Notes: a model not told the origin generated them from the sequence alone. DNA of 64,000 nt from Lama glama (GCA_028534125.1 CM052816.1:91576001-91640000), one strand, 5' to 3'; counted from the stretch's first letter, positions 38,144 through 51,389 are shown. Program-made: numbers and translations.

Positions 38144-38739
38144 AGGAGAGAGACTCTGAGACCAAGAACAGAGTAAGCAAAATGCTGAGTGAGGATGCGA
38201 GGGGATTAGGAGAGAGGATGTTTTGAGAGTTACAGACCTGTCATCAATTTTCAGCTCCCCCCTAGATCTGTGAGGTGCTGACGGAGAGTTCAGCTTTGCG
38301 CAGTGGAGGAGTTAAGTCATAGAGTCTTCTTTGCCTCTGAAAAATCTAATCCCAATTCAAATCTTTCTCCCTGCTGTTCTCTGAGAGTCTGCTCACCAAC
38401 GAATGCCCTCCTCCTACGTCCAAGTAAGCTCCCATTTGCTTGCTAAGCCGTTACTGCCCCACCCCCTGTGGGACCGGGATCTCCTGCAGGCCTCGGGTGG
38501 AGAGCTGAGGATCCTATCTGCCCTCCTTGGAGACTTTCCTTTGGGACCCGTTCCTCCCTGACCTCATGGGATTTGTCTGGAGCAGTCGGTCCAGGGGCTC
38601 CACCTGTCCCACAGAAGCTGGAATTGATGTCTGCTCATCCATGAGGGGCCTTTTGGGGACTGGAATGGATGCTGGGAACCAAAAATGGTTTCTTATGAGA
38701 TGTTAACTTTTCGGGACCATTTAGGTTGAAAATGGTAAC

Positions 38740-38980
38740 CCTTCCCCTCTTATAAGGAGAATCACTCAGTAAATGAAAGCAATACAGCAGAAATCAGAGC
38801 CAAGTCTTGGAAGAAGAGTCAGTTCTCTGAGACCATTCATGGAACTCCTGAATTTAGCTAGCCTAAAGCAAGACAACACCAGGACTTTTCAACTGCACCA
38901 GACAATAAACTCCATTTTAACTTAAGGCTAGATTAAGGTAGATTCTCTCTCATAATGAAAAAAATGTCTTAGATAATATA
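38740..38980 (+). mobile_element. Old MLT1 (J/K-like) LTR fragment
   Basis: aatgaaagcaatacagcagaaatcagagc...ggacttttcaact...caataaactccatttt. Confidence 0.5.
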
Positions 38981-39719
38981 ATATTTTCTTTAATATCTTT
39001 TTAAGCCTGATTGTGATAGAAATACAAACCTGCTGATTCTGTCGCATCTACTGATTCGATGTTACTAAAACCGAAAACCATGAGCCTTGGCTACATTTTT
39101 GTAGGAATAGAAATCTGCACAACTTTTTTGGCTTCTCTAAGTTTCTCCAATTACTCTGAGATGCTTGTGTTACATAATTTTCTGCCAAGATTTGTTCCTT
39201 CCCTCTGGGGGACCTGAGGGCTAATCCTGTATTTTCATCCATCCTCAGCACCGTTAAGTCCTCGACATTCACCCTCACTCTAGCCTTGGAAGATCAGTGA
39301 TGGGGCACAGAAGCAGTAAGTTGGACAGTAAAGAGACAGGAAGGAGAATTTGGCACCAAAGTGAGGCCACATCCACCACCCTCTGAGGCTCTCATGTAGA
39401 TATTTAAAAAATTGAGTCTGCATGGATCAAACTAGCCTGGTACCTGTCAAGTTTCTGCCTTGGATTTTGTGAACAGAACTCTATACTCTCTGGTACAAGA
39501 AAAGACAACACTTCTTCTTAAGTAAAAATGGGCTCTTAAAAATCAAATGATGACTGGAAAGCACATGCTCCAAGTGGAAGATTAATACTGGCAATCCTTA
39601 ATTATTAGGGATTTTCTCAATCCTTTTATGACTTCTCTTTCTGGCTTCCCATTCTTGGGTTTTTACTGCTTACTGGCACTGGTTCCAGAGAGCAGATAAA
39701 ATGAGATCTCAAATGACCT

Positions 39720-40118
39720 CCAATGGAAGACTAGAAAACTGACGTACATGGACAATGGACTACTACAGAGCAATACACAGGAACAGATCCCTGATACATG
39801 ACACAGCATGGACAACTCCCAGACACATGTTGAAGAGAAAGGGCAGACAAAAGGAACACATGCTGTGTTCGATTTACATGATCTTTAAGAGCTGACAAAA
39901 TGAAATTTTAATGACAGTAACCAAAACAGATGTTTTCTCTTGCTGTGGATTAGTGACTTGGAAGGGGTACAAGCAAACTTATGATGAGCTGGAAATGTTT
40001 TACAGTTAGATTTGGGTGAGTAATGGTTACATGGCTGTTTACATGTGAATAATTACTGATCTGTACAATTAAATTTTGTTCATTTTATGGAATGTAAATA
40101 ATACCTCAATAAAGAAAA
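39720..40118 (+). mobile_element. Old L1M (L1MD/ME-like) 3' end
   Basis: caatggactactac...ggaaatgtttta...ggttacatggctgt...atgtaaataatacctcaataaa. Confidence 0.75.
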
Positions 40119-41026
40119 TACCAGGTTAAAAAGAAAAGAAGCAGAGACAGAAAAAAAAAAAAGTGAGATCGAATTTAGAGGGGATAATCCATCATCCGGC
40201 AGTGCCTTTGGGAAATTTTAGAGGAGTAGAGTAGAAAAAGAGTATTTAAAAGAGTAGAGGAGGTCACTCTTTAAACTTATTGCTGTGTATAACATGTGCG
40301 GGTTCCAGTTAACCTCGATACCCTTGTGCAGAGGGTACACATGCCCATGTAGGAGACAATGCTCCCAACACACGCTGACACTCACGCCCAAGGAAACGCC
40401 TGCGTCCCCCAGGGACTTCCTCAGATGGAGTGAGCAGCCTCACATTTTGGATGGAGCACAGAGTGGAGAGTAGGTGGACAGACTCTTGTTCTGCCAGGTT
40501 AGTCCCTCCCACCAGCTGGACTCTGAAGGAGGTGAGGTTCCTGTCTGCCTCCAGCTTCTGTTCCCACTCAGGGTTGCTCACCTTCTGATTGCCCGTTCCC
40601 ATCCCATCCAGATGCTTCCGAGGCACATTCGGCGCGGCAGGGTGGCCCTCTTCAGCTTTCTCCCCCACTGCAGCCACTTAAAGTACAGAAAAGAGTGACA
40701 TCCACCTCCCCTCCTGATGCTCTGCTCACTCACTTGCATTGAGACCCGGGCATGCTATCTCACCTATTTGAACTGATTTCTTAATTTGTGAATTGGTAAT
40801 AATAATGACTAAGAAACAGGAGTCTGGTGAGGACTCAGTGCAGTAATGTACAAAAAGTGCCTGGGTTCTGTAATATTCCATAAACAGAATCTCTCCATTC
40901 TCTTCCTTCCATTCCCAAAGAGAGTCAGTGTTAACTCTATCCGTAAGTTTAGTTCACCACGTTAGCTCACGCCAGTACCTACGCCTGGCCTGTAGTAGAT
41001 GACCCAGAAAATACTGTTTAATTAAG

Positions 41027-41279
41027 GTGGGGGGAGGGATAAACTGGCAGTTCATGATTTGAAGATACACACTATTATATATAAATAGATAGACAACAGG
41101 GTCCTACCGTGTAGTACAGGGAACTATATTCCTTACCTTCTAATAGTCTATAATGAAAAAGAATATCAAAAGGAATATATGTATATATAAATATATATAT
41201 GTAAAATAAATGAATACTATGCTGTACACCAGAAATTAACACAACACTGTAAATCGACTATAGTTCGATAAAAAAAAAG
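41027..41279 (+). mobile_element. LINE-1 3' end
   Basis: gggagggataaactgg...ctatgctgtacaccagaaattaacacaacactgtaaatcgacta followed by an A tail. Confidence 0.92.
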
Positions 41280-41575
41280 AACTCTGGCTGATCACATATT
41301 ATCAATTTGTGCTAGTATAAGGTGAATGCAACCTGGACCCTTATACAAACAGAGTCAAAAGATAGTGGATAATGATGGGGAGAGCACGTGCCACAGTTTC
41401 CGGAAGGGGAACCCCAACAATACTCCGTGTTGCAGAGGGCTGCTGATTTCATGCGGTCAGCAATCCACCACTTGGGAACACCAGTGGGGCTTGCAAGGTT
41501 GAAAGGGCCACAGTACCAGCTCTTTCTCTTCTCTTGAGAGCCCTGATGCTGTGTGCTAGAAAAACCAAGCTTGGT

Positions 41576-42200
41576 CTTGGGCATAAATCTAGAGGAAACT
41601 CTAATTCAAAACCAATACATGCACCCCAATGTTCACAGAAGCACTGTTCACAATAGAAAAGACATGCCAGCAACCTAGATGTCCATTGGTAGATAACTGG
41701 ACAAAGAAGATGTAGTATATTTATACAATGGAATACTATTCAGCCATTAAAAAGAATTAAAATAATGCCATTTGCAGCAACATGGATGGCCCTGGAGAAT
41801 GTCATTCTAAGTGAAGTAAGCCAGAAAGAGAAACAAAAATACCACATGATATCACTTATATGTGGAAACTTAAAAGAAAAAAAAAAAGGACACAAATGAA
41901 CTTACTTACAAACAGAATAGATTCACAGACATAGAAAATAAACTTATGGTTACTGGGGTGGGGAAAGGAGTGGTGACGGATAAGTTGGGAATCTGGGATT
42001 TGTAAATACTAACTACTGTATATAAAATAGATAACAAGGTCTTACTGCATAGCACAGGGAACTATAGTACTATAGTAAATACCTTGTAATGGTCTGTAAC
42101 AAAAAAGAACATGAAAAGGAAAATGTATATATAACTGAATCTCTGCTGTACACCAGAAATTAACACAACATTGCAAATCGACTGTACTTCAATAAAAAAA
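41576..42200 (+). mobile_element. LINE-1 3' end (ORF2 tail + 3'UTR)
   Basis: catgcaccccaatgttcacag...gccatttgcagcaacatggatgg...gactgtacttcaataaaaaaa. Confidence 0.93.
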
Positions 42201-42919
42201 CCAACAGAGGTTGGAAGGTGTGGGGAATGAGGCTTTACCCCAACCTGATCCTCTGCACTCAAGGGCTCTGAGAATCTCCAAGGACTGTGCATTTTCCCAG
42301 AGTCAGGACAGATGGACTTTGTCTGGGTGTGCATATAACTGTCACTAACGTTTGTCCTAACACCCAGTGCACAAAGATGCCTCTTGCCTTCAAATCTGTG
42401 AGTGGCTGAGCAAAGGCTTTGGTTTGTCAGGGGAACACAGGATTTGCTTCCTGCCTTTTAGTTGGAGCAATTGTTGTTGCTCTTTTAAAAGACAACAGAA
42501 ATATGGACAAAGCAAACGTCTGTCATTCTGGTAAAAGTGTATGCATGTGTGGTCTGTGAGGCAGCCATCCTTGGGAGCCAGTGATGGTGCCTCATCTTTG
42601 AGAAGACAGTGACAGCAACAGCCCTCCCTGTTCAAGTGTTGGGGCAATGGCTAGTTACCAGCACCTCCGCTGTCACACCGGGACCTAAGAAACCAGGCGT
42701 TATCTCGGCAAGGCCAGTTAATAAACCACAAAAAATGCTAAGTATGGTAAAGAACTCACAGTGAGTAGAAACACGCTGTGCTGGAAGCTAGAATACATTC
42801 TATGGAGTAGAATGCACTACCGCCTAGCAAAGGTTATCTTGCAACACATTCCAACGAGCTCTGTTATGGGAAAGAATTTTGTCAAAAAGTGTAGTGCACA
42901 GAGCCTGCAAATGAGAATC

Positions 42920-43075
42920 AACAGGTGAGAACTGTGGTCCCACGGTGACCGCTAACTGGCTGTTCGACCTCGGCCAAGACCCTCAACCTCGTTGGACCTT
43001 ATCTTCTCTAAAATGTAAACAGGGGACTGGACTAGACAATGTGTGAGGCTTCTGTCAGTGCTAACATCCTATGGG
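42920..43075 (+). mobile_element. MIR3/MIRc-like SINE
   Basis: ctaactggctg..gacctcggccaag...aaaatg..aggggactggactaga. Confidence 0.6.
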
Positions 43076-43779
43076 TCGTTTGGGCTCAGAATCCAGTCGT
43101 GCATCAAGCAGAGTCCAGCGATAAGAATCTCACTATCCCTAAGTATTTAACTGTTAGGGGGCAACTGGACTTGTTGAGAGTGATTGTGTAAATGAGAAGC
43201 TAATAAGCCAGGTTACGGGAAATTAATATGCTGATGGACCAACGTGAGAAGACAAGGGAGGCTGGAATAAACAGTTTTCAAAGATTAGCACCAAGGACAC
43301 AAACTTGAATAAACTCATCAGAAAGTGAAATAAACCCAACTTCCCGAAGTGTGAAACGTTATCACTAAAACAAGGTTCTACCAATATCACGAGCAAAGCT
43401 CCATCAGAATCCCTCATTGGAACCCTGGCCACACTGGACTTCTTTGATGAGGGACGACAAGAAGAAAATGAAGCAAGCAGGATGGCCAGAGGGCATCTCT
43501 TGATATTTGTCAACTAAAAGTGAAAAGTTTTGGGGAGAAAAATGCCTAAAATAAAATGTCTGATTTGATTTTGATACTCTATAATTTTGGCAAGTCTAGG
43601 CTGTCAAGCAGGAGAATATGTGTCTGTGTGAACAGGAGAGCATAAGGAGTGAAATTTCATGACTAATACATTGGTTGAAAATAGGAATTTATGTGTGGTG
43701 GTGTCATTTCCCCATGTCTTTCTAGCTGAGCTTTGATTTTCCGGAAGAATTTTCTTTTAATTTAATATGTCTGCTTATT

Positions 43780-43895
43780 GGGGGAGAGTATAGCTCAGTG
43801 GTAGAGTGCACACTTAGCATGCACGAGGTCCTGGGTTCAATCTCCAGTATCTCTAATAAAAACAAACAAACAAACAAATAAATAAATAAACCTAA
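43780..43895 (+). mobile_element. tRNA-Ala-derived SINE (camelid Vic-1-like)
   Basis: gggggagagtatagctcagtggtagagtgcacacttagcatgcacgaggtcctgggttcaatctccag; Pol III A box 43791-43801 and B box 43834-43842; (AAAC)/(AAAT) tail. Confidence 0.9.
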
Positions 43896-44014
43896 ATCTT
43901 CAACTGCTTCACAATCCCTGTAAGATACAATCTCCTAATATTCATAATTGTCTGTAACTGGCTGTTAACCTGTATGTTCTGGTTTTACTTCTTATTCCCT
44001 GAGAAGACATGAGT

Positions 44015-44127
44015 TTTAGTGATAAAGAGCATCAACGTCTGAGTCAGGCCTGATTTTGATTCTAACTCTGATATTCATGAACTCTGGACCTTTTAGAGCC
44101 TCAGGTGCCTGATCTGTAAAATGGGAC
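44015..44127 (+). mobile_element. MIR fragment
   Basis: agagcatc..gtctgagtcaggcctg...gagcctcag..cctgatctgtaaaatggg. Confidence 0.65.
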
Positions 44128-44295
44128 ACGTTTCTCAGCCTGACACTCTTGGTGTTTTCGGCGTGATAACTGAAGCAGCATCCCTGAACTCTACCTGCTA
44201 GATGCCGACAGCACACTTGCATTGTGACAATCGAAAATGCTTCCCGAGATCTCCAATGTCCCCTTTGGGCAATAAGCCAAGGCTGAGGAGCTCTG
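44128..44295. mobile_element. MER20 hAT-Charlie element
   Basis: tttctcagcctgacact...gcagcatccctgaactctacctgctagatgccgacagcac...ttgtgacaatcgaaaatg...aatgtcccct. Confidence 0.75.
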
Positions 44296-45989
44296 AAGTG
44301 GGGTATGCATGGTTATCTCATGTGTCACTGGGGGGATGGAATGGAAGAAGGATTAGAAGCTCCTGGTACAATCTGGGTCCAGTAGTTGCCTGTGCAACCC
44401 CTTAACTTGACTCCAGTCTTGGTGGAAACACTGAGGACCTTCAAAGGCTCCTCTATCACTTCCTTGAGTCACGCCCCATCTGCTCAACACTGGAGCATAG
44501 TCAATTGGCTTCTCGGATCTCTGTTCAGCACCTGACCATGATGTCTGGCTTTGAAGTCCTCACTTTAAATGACACAGATGAGGAAGAAAAGAAAAAGATC
44601 CAAGATATGTTTTTTAAATCCCAGTATATTAAAAATAGATATTATATATGGAATATTTATTGAGTCATGTTAGTGGAAATTTTTCCAGGCCAAATCGTAT
44701 ATTAATCACATTCTAGCTCATAGCTTTGAAATGATATTTTATTACATTAAAATTCTAGTGATCCACTGTATTCCATAAGTACAGTAAAGATGGGTTTGTA
44801 AAAGAGTCCTCTAGTAATTAAAAAGTGAAGAAAACGGTAAAATCTGAAAAATGGTTCCAAAGAGGCAGAGCAAACAACTTAAATCGGATTATAGAGTCAA
44901 AATAATTTGGCTCTTAAAAACAAAAAAAAAAAAAAGAAAGAAAGAAAAGAAAAGTTAAACAAAAAACTAACATCTGGTCAAGGTAACTTGCTCCCTTATG
45001 AATTAATGGTTGGAAGTTACTTAAGACAAAGTCTTATAAATGTATACATTAGATAATTCCCACGAAAGCATCTCTGTGCAAGTGAAATTAAGTGTTCATA
45101 TAAGGATATTGCCTGTCCCATATAAACACAGCACTGAACAATAAATGCCTGCAGAGACTTCTACAATTCTCAGATCCCTTGGAGCTAACCGCCCTAGAAG
45201 GGCTTAAGCTGCAAAACCACCGGCTTCCTTCTAAAACCCTTCTTTCATCCAGTGAATATCAAAAAGAACACCTTTCCTGACCCAAACACTGGCTGAATGG
45301 TTTAGTGTAGAATAGTCCTTTATCTCTGCTATCAGTGATGATGTGCTATTTACTGTAATTTCTCATATGATGAATTATGTGACTGTTGGACACATCTTAA
45401 ATAAGCTTTAAGTATATATTCCCCGCCATTTTTTCCATTCTCTAATAGTTATAAGATTGAAATTTTCTCTGGTTCTCTTGAAGTCTTACAGAATTTTAAT
45501 GTGAAAAAATAAATGGAATAAGATTGGAATATGAAGCCATGAACTTGGAAAGAAATCCGAGCTGCCATATTGATGAATTCTACATTTTCTTGAGCCAGTG
45601 TGCCAGCTCAGAACAACTGTTTAACTTGTCTGTTTCTATTTCCTCAATTTATGGCTGTTGGTCCTTGAAACAGAAACATTTCAAACATATGTATCAAATA
45701 ATTATCCACATATACACCCATATATCAGAAACTGTACGTTATATATTGCGAATCACCCTTTGGAAGTCATCTTTGCATATATCTGTTAGCAGTTAAAAAG
45801 ATTCAAGACTTTGTTGTAAGAGAAAGGAAATCATCTATTTCTGCATAATAAACAAAGATCAAATATATTTTCTGATCACAATCCAATCGTGTTGGTTTCG
45901 CATCTTGCCTAGGGCCCTAAGAAAACATCTATTACTTCTACTAACCTACTTCCTTGCTAAGAAATTTGAATAGTTCCTCTTTCCGGAAG

Positions 45990-46200
45990 AGTGGTTTTCA
46001 AACTGTGTTCCTAAGAGCTGCAGGGTTCCACAGACATGGACCAGGGCCTGCTTGTGGAACAAGGGAGAACAGAGCTGTTTAGAGGACTCCTCTCTGCTCT
46101 TTCAACCAGTGCAGCTTCCATTCAATCTAGATAATGTAGACTTTCATTTCAAAGACAGAGCCATCACTGGAACCAAACAGTATCATAGGTTTCAAAAGAT
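45990..46200. mobile_element. hAT-Charlie fragment
   Basis: agtggttttcaaactgtgttcc..agagc..cagggttccacag terminus. Confidence 0.55.
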
Positions 46201-47143
46201 TTGTGGAATGATATCCCGGAGAAAAGAATCGGAATTCATTTCACTAAAATCTTCCTCTGCAACCTGGGCTCATATTAAGGCTGCTCTTGTAAAGGAGGAG
46301 AGAAGGGGGAAAAGGGAAGAAAGAAAGAGGGAACGTGGGGTGAATTTTAAAGAAGAGAATTTGCAAAATGTTAATGGAGCCTAGACTCCCTGTTCTCCCA
46401 GGTTCTGTGGCAAACAGCAAGTGGACAGTTCCCGGTGGGCCGTTCCCTGGCTAAGGTTTGCAGAGCATTGGGATTGCGAGACATGCCAGTGCACCACGAA
46501 AAGGTGCAGGAAAATGGTACTCAGGTGGCAGAGCAGTGGAGGAGCCACTGAGATTCCCAGGGATGTTCAGGGAGAGGAAAAGGATCCCAGAAGCGCTGGG
46601 GGCCTGGCCATGGAGATGAGGGTAGAGGGAGGTGGGTTTGGAAGATGTGCATTTTGCTTAACACAAGGGGGCAGGCATGATGCCCCCTACAGAAGGCAGG
46701 TGGGTAACGTCTATCTAACCTCTCAGGGGCCCACTAACCCTAATTGGTCTTTGAAGGAATGAGATCCTCGTGAGCCCACAGGAAACAAACACTGAGGCTG
46801 TGCAGCTCATTTTGAGTGGAGAGTCTCAACTCACGGAGGTACAAACTTGGAACAGACTTTCCAGGTCACTTGCTATCTGTGTTCTTTTCACTGAATCATA
46901 GGAAGCACCTTAATTGATGCCTCGTTTTTCAGTCACTTTCAGTTGTGAAGGTTTTTCCAGTCCAGTTTATACCCCAGCCTCATATTCAGCTCAAAGCCCT
47001 CCCTTACCTGCTAGGTCTATGGCTCAAGAGATGTGCAGAGAGCCGGGGCTGGGGTCTCCGCTCTCAAGAAGCTCCAGCTCCAGCTCATTGGTCAGAACTG
47101 ATGGCATGCTCTCTTCCATTTGCCCAGAGCATCGTGGTCTCCA

Positions 47144-47179
47144 CTGCACACGCACGCACGCACGCACGCGCACACGCAT
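47144..47179. repeat. (GCAC)n alternating purine-pyrimidine repeat
   Basis: tgcacacgcacgcacgcacgcacgcgcacacgcat. Confidence 0.9.
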
Positions 47180-47344
47180 TTTGGGTTCTTTTAAACTCAA
47201 AATCCTTAATCCAGCACTTCCTCTGCATTTGACGGTACATATGGATTTCTTATAACTTCTGAATGGACTTTGCTAGGCAACGTGGTTCAAACAACTCTTG
47301 GAAACAACTTAACTAATAGAAAATAAGCAGAAAATAGACATACA

Positions 47345-47535
47345 TTTTGGACCACATTGCCCAATCCTGTTATCGACTTGGGAAAACGTCACTTAGCCTC
47401 TCAAAGCCCCAGTTTCCAGTCTGCAATCTGAGGACAGTAGCTGCAAGCACCCGTAAGGCTGTCGTGAGGATTAGATGGTGTTACAGTGCTCAGAGCAGTG
47501 GCTGGCACCCTGAAGTACCGGCTATCACCATTACT
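47345..47535 (+). mobile_element. MIR SINE
   Basis: gacttggg...gtcacttagcctctc..agccccagtttcc..tctgcaa...gctgtcgtgaggattagatg. Confidence 0.7.
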
Positions 47536-48187
47536 ATGTTTCACGTGTTCACTACTACAGTCTCGGCTGGGCTTGAACCCAGGTCTTAACTACGCATGTG
47601 ACAACAGGCAAACCATTGGCATCCCTCAGGGGTCCTTCAGACTTAATGTTTGATTAGTGCAATGACAGGGAAGCAGAGTCTCCTGGGCACTCTCACGTGG
47701 TGCCATGGGACGAAAAGCTGGCAAAATCTTTCTGGAAGGCCGTGTTGCAGTAATGGTTGTAATTTACTGTGTGCATACTTTTAATCTCAGGAATTTTTTT
47801 GTGTGTGATTTATTTTACAGAAACACTTGAATGCATGCCACAAGTAAATATATTAAGACATCTATTAAAACACTGTCTATAATAACCCAAAATACGCCTT
47901 CACTAGGAATTGATTAACTAAAAAAAGAAAAGAAGGAAAGAAGAGAAAATGAATGAAAGCAAAAAAAAAAAAAAAGAAAGAAAGAAAGCGTGTATTTTAG
48001 CAGACGCATAGAACACAAGTTTAGAAAATACATGCCCAACAATTACCAGCAGCTTTTCTGGGGGTGGAATTATGGATATCTTTATCTTTCTATGCTACAT
48101 ATTCCTCTATTCTCGAAGTATTTTAAACTCTAAGTAAACATTACTTTGGTAGCTAGAAAACAAAACTGCAATTTTTTTTAAAAACCA

Positions 48188-48390
48188 GTCATAGACTTTG
48201 GAATCAGACAAACTTGGGTTCACACAGTAACTTTATAACTTTTTAGCACTGTGACCATGGGAAAACTTGAAAATCTCTAAATCTTACTTCCCTCAGTTGT
48301 CAAGTGGATAGCACCAAATTCTTATTATTGCAAGGAGATTTGAATTCCTGAACAATGGCATTAGTAAATGTTCCCTAAATGTCAGTTTTC
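48188..48390 (+). mobile_element. MIR SINE
   Basis: catagactttggaatcagacaaacttgggttc...ctgtgaccatggg. Confidence 0.65.
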
Positions 48391-49755
48391 TTCCCTCCAC
48401 TCCATGCTAATCACAAATTATCTATATACTATTCTGTTTACCTTAAAAAAAGGAAATATTTCTTGACAATGATTTTAATTTACCTCTATGAGTGACCAAA
48501 TTTAATGGATCAAATTTGTGATAACTCTTATTTTAGATGTATCATTTTTCCTAAGATCATTTTTTATTTTAGAGGGACTAAGAAAATATGTAGCTGAAGG
48601 CAGGAAGAAAATGGTTAACTGCCTGTACCACTTTACAGTGAGTCCATCAGGACAAAGTGTGTACGTAATTTTTGGGTCCTATCCCGCCTAAAATCCAGTG
48701 AAGCACTGCAAAGTCATTTCATTATAAATGTTTATAAATAAATCTAGCTATGTACATTTCTATAAATATACACATATGTGGAAAAAGCTCTTCTGCGCAT
48801 TAACAGATCTTTAAAATGCAAAATTACAGGAAAATTCCTTTCTTTTGAACTCATTTTTTTACACATTTAAAAAATTGAAAATGTATATTTCTTTTGAAGT
48901 AAAAAAATCCACAATAAATGCTGCAAAATTGTATTTACTTACATGGAGAATATGTAGTTAAGCAACAATGAAAAATAACCAAGGTCTCTGATAATCATTG
49001 TGGTTTTATTTTCTATCAGAATTAACAAGGGCAAACCTTCCAGCTAAGTGTTTTCCTAACTTGGAGGAGGTCAACTACACTGCACAGGAAGTGAGAACAA
49101 TGGATTCTGACTCGTTTGTAACATTAGGAAATACACAGGTCTTATCACCGCAACAGGGGACTAGCACCCGGCTTTCACTGTAAACAATTAAGCAGAACAT
49201 TAGTGAAGAAGTTGATCAGATTTACTTATGGACTAGTGTCTGTTTTTGAGGCTTGCCTGAGTAGAGTTATGATCAAGCAGTTTAACTTTTTTTTTTTTTG
49301 AGTTTTTAATGAGGAAGGAATAATGATCACAGTGCCCACCCCAAATAGAACTTGGCTCAAAAATTCAGGTGAGGTAATGTGATAGGAAATTGTTATAAGC
49401 AGAAGGGGCTGTTTGTGGCCTGTTTCAGCCAGAATGACCTACCTACTTCCTGTTGAAAGCACAGTAAGAAGCAGCTGGGAGAACATGTGAGAAAAATATG
49501 AAGTCTCATACTCTTAGCACTTTCATATTCAGAAAGGATGAAAATGAAAGCACCTGGTTTGAACCTGAACTTGAACCAGATATCCCACCTCAAAGTCTTC
49601 TCTATTTCTTTCCCACCAAGGCTTGCAAATGGCACTCACATTCAGATAAACGCACCTGGCAAACAGGCCCAAGGTTACCTCGACAGACAACAAAACCTAT
49701 GGAAAGGCTGGGTGGTTAACATGATGGGTAATGGGATGTTTATTAAAGATGTTTT

Positions 49756-50355
49756 TGGATCATATAGTAAGTCTAGTTTTAGTTTTTTGAGGAACCTCCA
49801 TACTGTCCCCCACAGTGGCTGCACCAATTTATATTCCCACAAACAGTGTAGGAGGGTTCCTTTTTCTCCACACCCTCTCCAGCATTTATGGTTTGTGGAC
49901 TTTTTAATGATGGCCATTCTGACTGATGTGAGGCAATCCTACTCCTGGGCATATATCTGGAGGAAAATATAATTAGAAAAGAACCCCAGTATTCACAGCA
50001 GCACTATTTACAGTAGCCAAGACATGGAAACAACCTAAATGTCCATCGACAGATGACTGGATAAAGAAGCTATGGTGTATTTATACAATGGAATATTACA
50101 CAGCCATAAAAAAGAATAAAGTAATGCCATTTGCAGCAACATGGATGGACCTGGAGATTGTCATTCTAAGTGAAGTCATCAGAAAGAGAAAGAAAAATCC
50201 CATGTGATATCCTTTACATGTGTAACTTAAAAAAATAGGACACAAATGAACTTATCTACAAAACAGAAACAGACTCATAGACATAGAGAACAAACTTATG
50301 GTTAGCAGTGGGTAAAGTGGGTGGGAAGGGATAAATTGGGAATTCAAAGTTTGTA
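49756..50355 (+). mobile_element. 5'-inverted LINE-1 lacking its own 3' terminus
   Basis: 49756-49933 is antisense ORF2 ([39 protein letters not shown], the cysteine-rich C-terminal region); 49933-50355 is its sense continuation. Confidence 0.92.
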
Positions 50356-50502
50356 TCTCTTAGTGAGTGATGAAAATGTTAGCTATCTTGATTGTAGTGG
50401 TGGTTTCATGGGTGTATACATCTATCAAAATTCATCAAATCGTACATCTGAAAAATGTATAGTTCACTGTACAAGAATCATACCATAATAAAGGTGTTAA
50501 AA
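50356..50502 (+). mobile_element. Old L1M 3' terminus
   Basis: gtgatgaaaatgttagctatcttgattgtagtggtggtttcatgggtgtatacat..tcaaaattcatcaaat...aataaa. Confidence 0.8.
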
Positions 50503-51389
50503 ATAGTAAGGAAAATGTTTTTGGAATTTGATTCTTTCATGTGTAAGCTGACCTATTAATTATAGTCAGCTATTAAGCATACACATTTTTGAGGACAAAC
50601 ACTTGTTAGCGTTGAATGTCCACATGAGCCTAGCGTGCCTAGGCCCTCTTTAAATATTTGTCACATAAATTGTTACCAGATGGTTATTTACTCTGTGGAT
50701 TTTGCAGCTCCTTTGCCCCTCTCTCTTATTTCTGCTTCATTTTCTGGTGCCAGAACCATTTCTCTCTAAAGGCAGAAAGATGAAATCAGAGTAAGGAAAC
50801 TCCCAAGTGGTTCACTTCATTCTATTGAATATTTTGGTCCATGGCTTGGCAGACAGAAACTTTTTAAATGTTGATGAAAACAATCTGTTATATCTCTGTC
50901 ACTGTTCATTAAGAGTCGAAAGGATCAAATATCCATATGCCATTCAAGAAGATAGCCAATGTAATAGATGTGAAATTTAGAGTTGTGTCTCTGACAAATT
51001 CAAGCTCCAGACAGGTGCTGCATTGATTTTTTTTTAAAAACCATCCATGTAGGGGAAATTTCAGGTCCTGATCATAAACATAAAGTCCTTGTGATCACAC
51101 TCCTTCCCATACTCTTAACTTCATGCCCTGCCCCTTCCTGCCCTACCTAACAACCCAGGACTCTGAAAGACTTTACTCTCAAGTCAGAGCATCAGTATAA
51201 CTGAGCATCACTTCACCTGGAAGCTCAGGGCAGGAAAGGCTTAAACTGTAGAAAGGCAGTGATATGTTCCTCCATGAGGCCTCCTCCCAGATACCCCATG
51301 TGAAATGTCTCTATCGCCATCCTGATTGGCCAGGATTGAGTTTAGTCGCTCAGATCCTAGGAATAGATGCTCTTCTGCCACCTCTCCCC

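Noticed and set aside
43780..43855. Functional tRNA-Ala(AGC) gene
   Set aside because: The anticodon stem does not pair, the acceptor stem is degenerate, and an A-rich SINE tail follows instead of a poly(T) terminator.
49741..50498. tattaaagatgtt / taataaaggtgtt as a TSD enclosing the chimeric L1
   Set aside because: The right-hand copy is the old L1M's own AATAAA terminus and no poly(A) precedes it, so the similarity is probably fortuitous.
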